DNA of 36,570 nucleotides from NCBI GenBank assembly GCA_964552525.1, contig CAZKHW010000001.1:1-36570 (forward strand). Direction: 5' to 3'. The translations under genes were made by a program, and so were the position numbers. The notes under the pieces were generated by a model. It saw only the letters and a list, made by a program, of their open reading frames with translations. It ran no database searches and was not told the DNA's origin. This document shows positions 23,478-32,388 of the stretch, one piece after another. This DNA comes from an uncultured Ruminococcus sp. (lineage in GTDB: Bacteria > Bacillota > Clostridia > Oscillospirales > Ruminococcaceae). Position 1 is the first letter of the stretch. Each line of letters begins with the position of its first letter.

Positions 23478-23684
23478 ATGAACGAAAATCAGAAACAATT
23501 CTTGAATGAGCTGGACAAGCTCTTTCTCAAGTACAGAATCAATCAGGTCAAAACAGGTGCGGATGGGCGAACGCATTTTTACGGAAACGGTCAGTGTTTG
23601 TCTTTTGAAAAGTACGAAAGCGCATCGTTCATCAATGTAAGCACGGAGCAGGACGCGTACAATCCGCCGATTGGGAGGGACTGA
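23478..23684 (+). CDS. hypothetical phage protein
   Basis: 68 aa from the second ATG (GGAGG, 7-nt spacer). The track start at 23472 is also possible. Confidence 0.55.
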   Translation: MNENQKQFLNELDKLFLKYRINQVKTGADGRTHFYGNGQCLSFEKYESASFINVSTEQDAYNPPIGRD

Positions 23685-23686
23685 GT

Positions 23687-23989
23687 ATGAGACTGATCGA
23701 CAGGGATAAGATTCATCAAAAAGCAATGGATATTATACAAGATAAAGCAGGATGGAAGGCGTTTGCAATTGCAAATGCCATCGCTATGGCGGAGATCATC
23801 AAAGCCGAGCCGGTGAAGCACGGTGAGTGGAATTTTAACGGCGATGACGGACTGACATGTTCCGTTTGCGGAAAACAGGATGCGATGGGCAAAGGTCGCT
23901 GTGTGTATAATTGGTCAAATTACTGCCCCAACTGCGGTGCGAAGATGGACGGAGGTACAGATAATGGAAATGAGGATGAAAATGAATAA
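23687..23989 (+). CDS. hypothetical phage protein with zinc ribbon
   Basis: 100 aa. GGGAGGGA RBS. CSVCGK...CPNCGAKM. Acidic tail. Confidence 0.6.
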   Translation: MRLIDRDKIHQKAMDIIQDKAGWKAFAIANAIAMAEIIKAEPVKHGEWNFNGDDGLTCSVCGKQDAMGKGRCVYNWSNYCPNCGAKMDGGTDNGNEDENE

Positions 23990-24401
23990 TTTTTGGAAAG
24001 CGGCAATAGGATGCGCAGCAGCGGTATTACTGATGGCATCCTGCGGAAAAGTGGTTGTGAATGAACAGCCAGTCGAGGGTACAAAGGAATCGTCTGCCAT
24101 AGAGTACAGGAGCTACGATGCAGAGGGGCAAGTTGTTTTTCATGATTATGTTCCTGAGCAGAAAAAAGCAAGAATCTGTCATGGTTACGATGTTCCGTAC
24201 ACGATATGGACGCCTACTGTTATCATCGAGTACTGCGGCATGAGAAAGAAACTTTGCGATCAGGAATCGTATGAGGCATACAGAATGGACGAGATCGTGA
24301 TTGTAACAGTCACGGACGGTCTGGATCAGGATGGGAATGTGGTTGAGTGTGATTTTTGCATCAAAAGCAGAACTATGGACGGAGGTGATCCTCATGATTA
24401 A
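23964..24401 (+). CDS. phage-encoded lipoprotein
   Basis: Start at ATG 23964 (GGAGG, 8-nt spacer). The signal peptide plus lipobox is MEMRMKMNNFWKAAIGCAAAVLLMAS-C. Confidence 0.65.
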   Translation: MEMRMKMNNFWKAAIGCAAAVLLMASCGKVVVNEQPVEGTKESSAIEYRSYDAEGQVVFHDYVPEQKKARICHGYDVPYTIWTPTVIIEYCGMRKKLCDQESYEAYRMDEIVIVTVTDGLDQDGNVVECDFCIKSRTMDGGDPHD

Positions 24402-24591
24402 CCCCAATTGTTGCTTCTTATATGCCGGACACTGCACGATCCTCACGCGAACCAGATGCATCGGCTGCAAGTTTCGCAAATCCAGTCTAGAGTACATGAT
24501 CGACCGCGAGCATGCCGCACGTATCCTGGAACGCAAGGGGCTGGAGAGCTATCGGGATGGCGACATCATCACGACACGGGAACGGGAGTAA
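24394..24591 (+). CDS. hypothetical Cys-rich small protein
   Basis: Start at ATG 24394 (GGAGGTG, 6-nt spacer). 65 aa: MINPNCCFLYAGHCTILTRTRCIGCKFRK... Confidence 0.5.
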   Translation: MINPNCCFLYAGHCTILTRTRCIGCKFRKSSLEYMIDREHAARILERKGLESYRDGDIITTRERE

Positions 24592-24615
24592 GAAGCGTGA
24601 AAAGGAGAACGGGAA

Positions 24616-24825
24616 ATGTACACACCGGATACAGTCGGACAGCGCATTCGCTATCTGCGTGAGAATCATGATATGACACGGACTGCACTTGCAAAACTGA
24701 TGAATGTTGACCGCAGAACGCTCAGCCGGTGGGAGGATGATTCCGCAGCACCTCATCCTTCTGACATTGCAAGATTATCCGAAATATTCGAGGTGTCCTG
24801 CGATTATATCATCCTTGGAAAATAA
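24616..24825 (+). CDS. XRE-family HTH transcriptional regulator
   Basis: 69 aa. VGQRIRYLRENHDMTRTALAKLMNVDRRTLSRWE...IARLSEIFEVSCDYIILG is an HTH_3 pattern. AAGGAGA RBS. Confidence 0.85.
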   Translation: MYTPDTVGQRIRYLRENHDMTRTALAKLMNVDRRTLSRWEDDSAAPHPSDIARLSEIFEVSCDYIILGK

Positions 24826-24850
24826 AAACGGGCGGATTTTGCACATTCTT

Positions 24851-24879
24851 ATGACAAGACCTGATCTTTATGTTATACT
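24851..24879 (+). promoter_or_regulatory. candidate late promoter upstream of HNH and the packaging genes
   Basis: ATGACA (24851-24856), 17 nt, TATACT (24874-24879) with TGt extended -10. The -35 box is imperfect. Confidence 0.45.
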
Positions 24880-24996
24880 GAAATTGAAAAGCCACGGAAG
24901 ATAGAAGATATGCTAGGCTTTCCCGCGTCTTGGAGACGGGGCGCGGTTTCGCCTTCCGCAGTGCTTTTCACCCTCTAGCTGAAAGCAGGTGAACCC

Positions 24997-25428
24997 ATGA
25001 CCATGAAACCCTGTCCCCGTTGTCAGAAGCTGATACCCCACGGCATGGCGTACTGCGCAGAGTGCAGACCCATTGCTGAACAGATACGCTGGGAACGGCG
25101 TGAAGAGAATCGAAAACGGAAGCAGTCAGCGTATAACCGGAATCGAAACAAGGTACTTGCAGCGTTCTATCGCTCCAAGGAATGGAGAACTACGAGCCAC
25201 GCAAAGCTGTCATCCTGCGACTGGAAATGTGAAGCGCATGCCGACAGCGGATGTACAGGGCTTGCGGTTGAGGTACATCATATCCTACCAATACGGACAG
25301 ACGAAGGCTGGGCACGCCGTCTTGACTGGGACAACCTCGAGGCTGTCTGCACGCACTGTCACAACCTCCGGCATCCGGAAAAGCTGCACAGAGGTGACGA
25401 TGACGTGATCGATCTACGGAATGTGTGA
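24997..25428 (+). CDS. HNH endonuclease (packaging-associated type)
   Basis: 143 aa. N-terminal CPRC...CAEC. The HNH core is EVHHILPIRTDEGWARRLDWDNLEAVCTHCHNLRH. It lies immediately upstream of TerS/TerL. Confidence 0.9.
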   Translation: MTMKPCPRCQKLIPHGMAYCAECRPIAEQIRWERREENRKRKQSAYNRNRNKVLAAFYRSKEWRTTSHAKLSSCDWKCEAHADSGCTGLAVEVHHILPIRTDEGWARRLDWDNLEAVCTHCHNLRHPEKLHRGDDDVIDLRNV

Positions 25429-25436
25429 TGATTTTC

Positions 25437-25518
25437 GTTATAGAGGGGTGGATAAAATTCTATAACACAAAATGAGAGGAAACGTCTACAGAGAGGGAGT
25501 ATATAGCAAAAACTCCCT
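25437..25518. promoter_or_regulatory. inverted repeats between HNH and terS (candidate cos/terminase recognition region)
   Basis: GTTATAGA (25437-25444) / TCTATAAC (25459-25466), and AGGGAG (25494-25499) / CTCCCT (25513-25518). Confidence 0.3.
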
Positions 25519-25555
25519 AAATGAATCAAAAATGATTTTGTAAGGAGGTGTGAAC

Positions 25556-26059
25556 ATGGCAAGACCAAGAGAGCCGGTCGAACTGATTATGACAAAGGGT
25601 GCAAAGCACCTGACAAAGGACGAAATTTCGGAGCGGATGGTATCGGAAGTCAAGCCGTGTACAGACAGCATTACACCGCCTGCCTATCTGACAGCCACAC
25701 AGAAAAAACGGTTCACAGAGCTGTCAGAACAGCTGCAAAAGATCCAGATCATGGGTGAAACAGATGTGGAGACACTGGCACGGTACATCACAGCAGAGGA
25801 TCTGTACCAGAAGGCTGTCAAGGATGTCCGGAAGGCACAGAAATGCCGCCCGGACGGCAGTGCCGAGGACATGGCAGCATGGGCGGTGCTGATGGATAAA
25901 CTGGACAAACGGGTTGACCGATATTTCAAGCAGGCACATACTGCTGCCTCTGCGCTGGGTCTGACAATTTCCAGCCGGTGCCGGCTGGTCGTTCCAAGGG
26001 CGGAAGAAGAAAAGCCGGTCAACAAGTTCGGACGATTCACAAAGGCGGTGGGAGAATGA
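25556..26059 (+). CDS. terminase small subunit, P27 family
   Basis: Start at ATG 25556 (AGGAGG, 7-nt spacer). MARPREPVELIMTKGAKHLTKDE...PPAYLTATQKKRFTEL...GETDVETLARY matches the P27-type TerS layout. Confidence 0.85.
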   Translation: MARPREPVELIMTKGAKHLTKDEISERMVSEVKPCTDSITPPAYLTATQKKRFTELSEQLQKIQIMGETDVETLARYITAEDLYQKAVKDVRKAQKCRPDGSAEDMAAWAVLMDKLDKRVDRYFKQAHTAASALGLTISSRCRLVVPRAEEEKPVNKFGRFTKAVGE

Positions 26060-27798
26060 AGGATCGTGTGACAGCCTACGCCGAGCGCGTTGCTGCCGGT
26101 CTTGTCCCGTGCGGACAACTGCATCGGTTGGCATGCGAACGCCATCTGCATGACCTGAGCCGTCAGAACACACCGGATTTTCCCTACTTCTGGGACGAAG
26201 CCGCAGCACAGCGCATTCTGGATTTCGCAGAGACGCTGACCCTGTCAGAAGGCACAGAGCCGAAGCCGCTGCATCTGCTGGATTGTCAGGCATTTGACAT
26301 GGGCTGTACATTCGGCTGGAAGAAATCTGTCAACGGAAAACGACGTTTCAGACGGCGATACAAGTCTATTTCCCGTCAGCAGGGCAAGACGATGGAAAAC
26401 GGTGTCATGGCAGCATACATCGCCGCATTCTCAGGGTACAAAAACGGAAAACTGTTCACAGTTGCCACGAAGAAACGGCAGTCCCGGCTTGCATGGGAAG
26501 AAGCCAAGAAATTTATTGAAGCTGATCCGGATCTGCTACAGTTTTTCAAGATACAGGACTACAAATCGACCATTACGGCAGAGGAAAGCAAGTGTACGCT
26601 GGAAGCACTAAGCCGTGACGGCGGTCTGGATGACGGCTTCCGGAGTATCTTTTCATCTATTGATGAGATCCACCAACACCGTGATAATGCCATTTACAAG
26701 GCGATCTACAACGGTACACGTTCCCTGCCGGAAACGCTGGTGTCCATGATCACGACCCGGGGTTTTGACCTGAACAGTTTCTGCCGAGAGATGGACGGGT
26801 ACGCCATCCAGATACTGCGCGGCACGACAACCGCCGAGGACTTCTTTGCAGATATTTACTGCCTCGACCCTGGTGATGACATCTGGGATGAAAGCAACTG
26901 GGTGAAATCATGCCCATTTACCTGCGCTGACCCGGAACGTCTGGCAACGCTCCGGCAGGACGCACAGACGGCACGTGACATGGGCGGTTCTGAACTGCGC
27001 GACTTCCTGTGCAAATCCCTGAATATGTGGGTAAGGAACACAGACAATCAGTTCATTGACCCAGATGCATGGAAAGCGTGTGGGTCGGATGCTGATCTCA
27101 CGGAAATTACCCGGCATTACCGTCGCTGCTTTGTGGGGCTTGACCTGTCATCCGGCGGCGATCTGACCAGTCTTGCATTACTGTTTCCTCTGAAAAACGG
27201 CGGATTTTACGTATACAGCCACAGCTTTATGCCTCGTGGGCGGCTGAATGAACACATTGAAACCGACCTTGCCCCCTATGACTTATGGGAACAAATGGGA
27301 CTGATCACCGTTACAGGCGGTGACATGGATTTCATGAACGACTATGCATTTATTGTCCGACATTTGGGCGAATTGCAGAAACAGTACGGTCTGGAATTTC
27401 TTGGCATCGGTATTGACCAGGCGAACGCCGCCGGTGTGCTGCATGATCTGGAGCAGTTTGGCTGTCAGGTCGTCACCATCACACAGTCTGCCCGAAACCT
27501 GAACAGTGCCACGGTTTCCATTCAGCTTTTGGTCAAAGGGCACAAGGTGGAGTATGACCGAAAAAACGAGCTGTTGACGTGGAGCTTTATCAATGCTGCG
27601 GTTGTCAAGAACAGTTTTGAAGAGATCAAAGTGGACAAGAAACGGCAAGCAGGATGCAAGCGAGAGTATAAACGCATTGATCCGGTGGATGCGGTCATTG
27701 ATGCGTTTGCGCTGATGCTCATCACAAAGGATGACAGTCCGCCAGTAGATCTGGACAATGAGCTGGAAAAGTATCTGGACATGATGGGATGGAGGTGA
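26056..27798 (+). CDS. terminase large subunit
   Basis: ATGA overlap with terS. 580 aa. Walker A-like SRQQGKT, then a nuclease half. Overall resemblance to Terminase_1/COG4626 proteins. Confidence 0.92.
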   Translation: MKDRVTAYAERVAAGLVPCGQLHRLACERHLHDLSRQNTPDFPYFWDEAAAQRILDFAETLTLSEGTEPKPLHLLDCQAFDMGCTFGWKKSVNGKRRFRRRYKSISRQQGKTMENGVMAAYIAAFSGYKNGKLFTVATKKRQSRLAWEEAKKFIEADPDLLQFFKIQDYKSTITAEESKCTLEALSRDGGLDDGFRSIFSSIDEIHQHRDNAIYKAIYNGTRSLPETLVSMITTRGFDLNSFCREMDGYAIQILRGTTTAEDFFADIYCLDPGDDIWDESNWVKSCPFTCADPERLATLRQDAQTARDMGGSELRDFLCKSLNMWVRNTDNQFIDPDAWKACGSDADLTEITRHYRRCFVGLDLSSGGDLTSLALLFPLKNGGFYVYSHSFMPRGRLNEHIETDLAPYDLWEQMGLITVTGGDMDFMNDYAFIVRHLGELQKQYGLEFLGIGIDQANAAGVLHDLEQFGCQVVTITQSARNLNSATVSIQLLVKGHKVEYDRKNELLTWSFINAAVVKNSFEEIKVDKKRQAGCKREYKRIDPVDAVIDAFALMLITKDDSPPVDLDNELEKYLDMMGWR

Positions 27799-29057
27799 AC
27801 ACGATAGGAGCAAAACAATACTTTCGCGGCGTGTGGAACGCCGTTACAAACAAGAGCCGCAAGAGTGTTCAGCTTGACCAGTTACTTGATTTTCTGGGCA
27901 TTTCGGACAGAACAAAGGGCGATGCGCTACTGGAAGCCACCTATTTTTCGTGCATGAAGGTTCTGAGTGAGTGCATGGGAAAGATGCCGCTAAAACTGAT
28001 GCGGCACACAGAAGAAACCGGTACACTCTCGCAACGTGACCATCGGTATTTCCGGGTACTGCTGAAACGTCCGAACGACTACATGAACGCCAGCACGTTC
28101 TGGGGTATGATGGAACTCTGGCGCAACCATTACGGAAACGCCTATGCCTGGATCGATGAACGCGATCCGGCGCATCCACATCTCTGGGCGATGCACCCCG
28201 ATGACGTGACGGTGTATTTTGACGATGCAAGAATATTGGCAGATGTGCCGGACGTGTACTACCGGTACACGCACGGCGGTACCAATGCGGTGTTCAGCTC
28301 GGCAGAGGTGCTGCATTTCAAAAACTTCCTGACGAATGACGGCGTAACAGGCATTCCAACACGCAAACAGCTGTCAAACGTGATCGGCGGTGCATTGCAG
28401 TCGCAGGAAATGTTAAATGCCATGTACCGTTCCGGTATGACCGCAAAAGCGGTCTTGCAGTACACAGGCGGTCTGAATGACAAAAATGTTGAGGCATTGC
28501 AGGAAGGCATCCAGAAGTATGCACGGGGAGACGATGACAGTGGAACGGCTGGCATTATCCCGATTCCGGTCGGATTCACGCTCACACCGCTGAACATCAA
28601 GCTGACGGATTCGCAGTTTCTGGAACTGCGGCAGTATACGGCACTGCAGATCGCGGCGGCGTTTGGCATCAAGCCCGATCAGATAGGCGATTACACCAAG
28701 TCCAGTTATTCCAGCTCTGAGGCACAGCAGATCAGTTTTCTCGTAGATACTATGTTGTTTATCATCAAGCAGTACGAAGAGGAAATTGAAGAAAAGATTC
28801 TGACGGATCAGGAGCGCGCGAATGGATACACGGTGAAATTCAACACAAGAGTGCTGATGCGTGTTGATCAGTTCACGCAGATCAATGCGATCAGTACGGC
28901 GGTCAACAATTTTACCTACATGCCGAATGAGGGGCGTGAGTTTCTGGACATGTCTGCCGTTGCCGAGGGCAATCAGTTGCTGGGGAATGGTTCGACCATT
29001 CCGCTGTCACTGGTTGGGCGGCAATATGTAAACGAGAAGGAGGACGGAAATGGATAG
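27789..29057 (+). CDS. portal protein, HK97 family
   Basis: 422 aa. Overlaps the terL end. Typical portal core motifs (WRNHYGNAYAWI..., LQYTGGL..., QIAAAFGI). Confidence 0.92.
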   Translation: MEVNTIGAKQYFRGVWNAVTNKSRKSVQLDQLLDFLGISDRTKGDALLEATYFSCMKVLSECMGKMPLKLMRHTEETGTLSQRDHRYFRVLLKRPNDYMNASTFWGMMELWRNHYGNAYAWIDERDPAHPHLWAMHPDDVTVYFDDARILADVPDVYYRYTHGGTNAVFSSAEVLHFKNFLTNDGVTGIPTRKQLSNVIGGALQSQEMLNAMYRSGMTAKAVLQYTGGLNDKNVEALQEGIQKYARGDDDSGTAGIIPIPVGFTLTPLNIKLTDSQFLELRQYTALQIAAAFGIKPDQIGDYTKSSYSSSEAQQISFLVDTMLFIIKQYEEEIEEKILTDQERANGYTVKFNTRVLMRVDQFTQINAISTAVNNFTYMPNEGREFLDMSAVAEGNQLLGNGSTIPLSLVGRQYVNEKEDGNG

Positions 29058-29763
29058 GGTACAAAAATCCGCAGACATCGACACATTGGTTGCTACGGAT
29101 GAAGACCTGGCACTGATCAACAGGCACACACTCGCACCATTGGGTGCAGAGGATGTGTTCACATTCAAGGCGGTTCTGTGTGATAACGTGATAGACCGTG
29201 ACGGAGAACGTTTTTCGGATAAGGCACTGCATGACCTGTGCCGGCTGTTTGTCGGAAAGACGGTGATCAAAAATCATACGCCAAATGCAGACAATCAGGT
29301 AGCACGTATTTATGCCGCCGATGTCGTGCAGCCGGATACATCTGAGGACTACAAACAGCTGGTAGCACGCTGCTACATGGTAAAAACCGACAGCAATGCC
29401 GACATGATCGCCGAGATCATCGGCGGCATCCGCAAAGAGGGCAGTATCAGCTGTAGTGTGGCAAGGCGATTGTGTTCTGTCTGCGGTACGGACAGGACGA
29501 AAACGCAGTGCCGTCATATCCCTGGCAGGACATATGACGGTGTGCAGTGCAGCTACGTACTGGACGGCGTGACGGATGCCTATGAGTTTTCTCTGGTGGC
29601 AGTGCCGTCACAAAGAAATGCTGGTATCTCCAAATCATATGATGACGAAGATCAGCCGCAGGAGAATCCTGCTGATGATACAGAAACAATGAAAGAACTG
29701 GAAACTCGTGCAAGGCTGTATGCCTGCAAAGCACGCATCGAAGGAGGAAAAGCACATGAATGA
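29050..29763 (+). CDS. prohead maturation protease (HK97/S78-like)
   Basis: 237 aa, between the portal and capsid genes. Candidate catalytic His (IKNHTP) and Ser (GSISCSV). The C-terminal AYEFSLVAVPSQRNAGI resembles the conserved EVSLV..PA block. Confidence 0.7.
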   Translation: MDRVQKSADIDTLVATDEDLALINRHTLAPLGAEDVFTFKAVLCDNVIDRDGERFSDKALHDLCRLFVGKTVIKNHTPNADNQVARIYAADVVQPDTSEDYKQLVARCYMVKTDSNADMIAEIIGGIRKEGSISCSVARRLCSVCGTDRTKTQCRHIPGRTYDGVQCSYVLDGVTDAYEFSLVAVPSQRNAGISKSYDDEDQPQENPADDTETMKELETRARLYACKARIEGGKAHE

Positions 29764-31054
29764 GACTGCAAAGAGGATCCGTGAACTGAATGCACAGATC
29801 GCCCAGAAGTCCGCAGAAGCGCAGAGCCTTCTGTCCGGCGAGGGAAAGGACGTGAACAAGGCGGCTGCCTGCCTGGACGAGGCGGAGGCACTGGAAAAGG
29901 AAAAGTCGTGTCTGGAAAGGATTCAGAAACAGGAGAAGTCCGTCGTTTCTGACGCAGCAGACAAAGCCGGTGCGGATCAGGCGGAAAAGGCATTCGCTGA
30001 TGCCGTTCGCAAGGGATTCAAGGTCGATAAGACCATGAACGAGGGAACACCGGCAGACGGCGGCTACACTGTTCCGGAGGACATCCGCACCAGAGTGGAA
30101 CAGTACCGTGATGCAAAATTCTCCCTTCGTTCACTGGTGAACGTGGAGACGACAAAAACGAAGTCCGGACGCAGGACATTCCAGAAACGCGCACAGCAGT
30201 CAGCATTTACCAAGGTCGGCGAGGGCGGAAAGATTGGCAGAAGGATCGCACCGCAATTTGAGATCCAGGAGTACACGATCGAGAAGTATGGCGGTTATCT
30301 GCCTGTTACAAACGAGCTGCTGGCGGACAGCGATGCCAACATCACCAGCATCATGATTAAATGGCTGGGTGATGCGTCCAGAGTAACGGACAACGTGCTG
30401 ATCCTGAACGAGCTGAACAAAAAGGATCAGACGATTTTCACATCACTGGAGGATCTGAAATACGCAGTCATTGTCGGTCTTGGTCAGGCATTCGCAGATA
30501 CCTGCTGCATCCTGACAAATGATGACGGTCTGCTTTGGATGGACACGCTTAAGGATAATGACGGCAAATCCCTGTTGAAAGATGCTCCGACCGATACACT
30601 GCCCCGTTATTTCTCCATCGGTGGCAGACATATCCCGGTGCGTGTCATTCCGAATGCAGACATGCCGTCCGGGGCTGAATATGCTGCGGCAGAGGACACC
30701 ACGGTGAAGGCTGGTACGACCTACTACACACGCACAGGCGCAGGTACAGACGCATCTCCCTATGTGTACGAAGAAGTAGAAACACCGACAGGCAACCCCA
30801 AAACCAGCGGCTATTACGTTGTCACAGGCATGCTTGTGCCGATGATGCCGGGCGATTTCCGTGAGGCTGTCACCATCTATGATCGCCAGTCCATGCAGCT
30901 CAAACTGTCTGATGTTGCGGTCGTTGGCAGCGGTGATGACCAGCTCAATGCCTATGAAGATGACCTGACGGTCATTCGTGCACTGCTGCGCATGGATGTC
31001 CGTTCCAGAGACGATGCTGCGTATGTCAATGGCCGCATCAGAATGACAGTGTAA
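29756..31054 (+). CDS. major capsid protein, HK97 family
   Basis: Start at ATG 29756 (GGAGGA RBS). 432 aa. N-terminal coiled-coil delta domain, then the DGGYTVPEDI motif and an HK97-fold-length body. Confidence 0.9.
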   Translation: MNETAKRIRELNAQIAQKSAEAQSLLSGEGKDVNKAAACLDEAEALEKEKSCLERIQKQEKSVVSDAADKAGADQAEKAFADAVRKGFKVDKTMNEGTPADGGYTVPEDIRTRVEQYRDAKFSLRSLVNVETTKTKSGRRTFQKRAQQSAFTKVGEGGKIGRRIAPQFEIQEYTIEKYGGYLPVTNELLADSDANITSIMIKWLGDASRVTDNVLILNELNKKDQTIFTSLEDLKYAVIVGLGQAFADTCCILTNDDGLLWMDTLKDNDGKSLLKDAPTDTLPRYFSIGGRHIPVRVIPNADMPSGAEYAAAEDTTVKAGTTYYTRTGAGTDASPYVYEEVETPTGNPKTSGYYVVTGMLVPMMPGDFREAVTIYDRQSMQLKLSDVAVVGSGDDQLNAYEDDLTVIRALLRMDVRSRDDAAYVNGRIRMTV

Positions 31055-31056
31055 TC

Positions 31057-31374
31057 ATGGAATTGTTGACGCTGGAAGAGGCACTGGAATATCTTGGCAT
31101 TGACTACCCTGACAAAATGGTGGAACGCAACGTCAGTATGGCGATAGATGCTGCCATTTCGACACTGCACGGTACAGTCGGGGAGGATGTGGAAACACTG
31201 CTCCCCGGCGATGCCAGAGCGAAACAGCTTGCCTTGCTGTACATGGCAGACAACTACAGCGAACGTCTGCCGGAGATACAGAGGTCAAAAACTGTCAGCG
31301 CAAGGCGGTATCAGGTGCAGACAATGGAACTGCAATTACAAATGGAATTAAGAAGGCGGCGAAGTGACGTATGA
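31057..31374 (+). CDS. head-tail connector (gp6-like) protein
   Basis: 105 aa. MELLTLEEALEYLGIDYPD... is the typical N-terminus of the phage gp6-like connector family. Position after the capsid gene. Confidence 0.8.
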   Translation: MELLTLEEALEYLGIDYPDKMVERNVSMAIDAAISTLHGTVGEDVETLLPGDARAKQLALLYMADNYSERLPEIQRSKTVSARRYQVQTMELQLQMELRRRRSDV

Positions 31375-31688
31375 ACAGAGTCTATGACAAACCAGTCATG
31401 CTGCAAAGGCAGAACGAGGACACGGAACAGTGGGAAAATGCCGCAGACCGTCCGTTTCATGCGCACGTCAACAAAACCGGCGGAGATCAGAGCTTTGCTG
31501 CCGATGCCGGACAGTTTCACGCCCGGCTGACGTTTGAATTCCGGTATTGTAGGGCTTTGGAGGAAGTGCGGTATTGTCCGCAGCTATATCGGCTGCTGTA
31601 CCGTGGGCACACCTTCCGCATTATGGACTATGATGACTACATGGAACAGCACAGCACTGTTAAGATCATGGGTGAGATGTATGAGTAA
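31371..31688 (+). CDS. head closure / head-tail adaptor protein
   Basis: 105 aa. ATGA overlap. YRLLYRGHTFRIMDYDD resembles the SPP1 gp16-type joining proteins. Gene order supports it. Confidence 0.7.
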   Translation: MNRVYDKPVMLQRQNEDTEQWENAADRPFHAHVNKTGGDQSFAADAGQFHARLTFEFRYCRALEEVRYCPQLYRLLYRGHTFRIMDYDDYMEQHSTVKIMGEMYE

Positions 31689-32076
31689 TATCAAAATTGA
31701 AGCTGTAGGCAAAGTCCTGTCAGAACAACTGAGACTGTACGGCGCAAATGTGCAGAAACAGGTCAATGAACTGACTGCAAAAGCAGCAGACGATCTGGTC
31801 AGAATCACCAAGGACACAGCACCATACAACGCCAAGGCACACCATCGGCATTTCGTAGACTGCATCGCCAAAAAGACGGAAAAAAACCATATTGGTGACG
31901 TCCGGCAGATATGGTATGTGAAAGCACCCTGTCACAGACTGACACACCTGCTGGTGAAAGGTCATGCAAAGAAAAACGGCGGCAGGACAAGTGCTGACCC
32001 GTTCCTGAAAAACGCCTATGACAAGGTGATTCCAGAGTACGAAAAGGCGGTGGAAGAAGTGATTAAAAATGGTTGA
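31681..32076 (+). CDS. HK97 gp10-like tail component
   Basis: Start at ATG 31681, overlapping the previous stop. 131 aa. TKDTAPYNAKAHHRHF...KGHAKKNGGRTSADPFL is gp10-family-like. Confidence 0.7.
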   Translation: MSNIKIEAVGKVLSEQLRLYGANVQKQVNELTAKAADDLVRITKDTAPYNAKAHHRHFVDCIAKKTEKNHIGDVRQIWYVKAPCHRLTHLLVKGHAKKNGGRTSADPFLKNAYDKVIPEYEKAVEEVIKNG

Positions 32077-32386
32077 CGAGATTCTGAAAGAAAGCGGCAT
32101 TCCCTATCGGCGGACACGGTTTCTGAAACCGCCGTCCGGGAATTACGCCGTGTTTACGGATGATGTAGATACGGACGGACCGGACGGCATTGCCGCCATC
32201 TATCACCACAATATCACCGTGGAACTGTACACTACAACACCGGATATGCAGGCAGAAACGGCGATAGAAAATGCCATTGTTTCGCGCGGTTTGCAGTTTG
32301 AAAAACAGGCGGCGTACTGGATTCCGGAGGAACAGCGGTATCAGGTGATCTATGAATTTGAGTATCGCATTAAAAGGAGGATTTAA
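32069..32386 (+). CDS. tail completion-like hypothetical protein
   Basis: 105 aa. Overlaps the upstream stop. Assignment rests only on its position between the gp10-like and major tail genes. Confidence 0.5.
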   Translation: MVDEILKESGIPYRRTRFLKPPSGNYAVFTDDVDTDGPDGIAAIYHHNITVELYTTTPDMQAETAIENAIVSRGLQFEKQAAYWIPEEQRYQVIYEFEYRIKRRI

Positions 32387-32388
32387 GC

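Noticed and set aside
25684-26311. Minus-strand ORFs of 155 and 195 aa over terS/terL
   Set aside because: They are antisense to the well-supported terminase genes. They are shadow frames.
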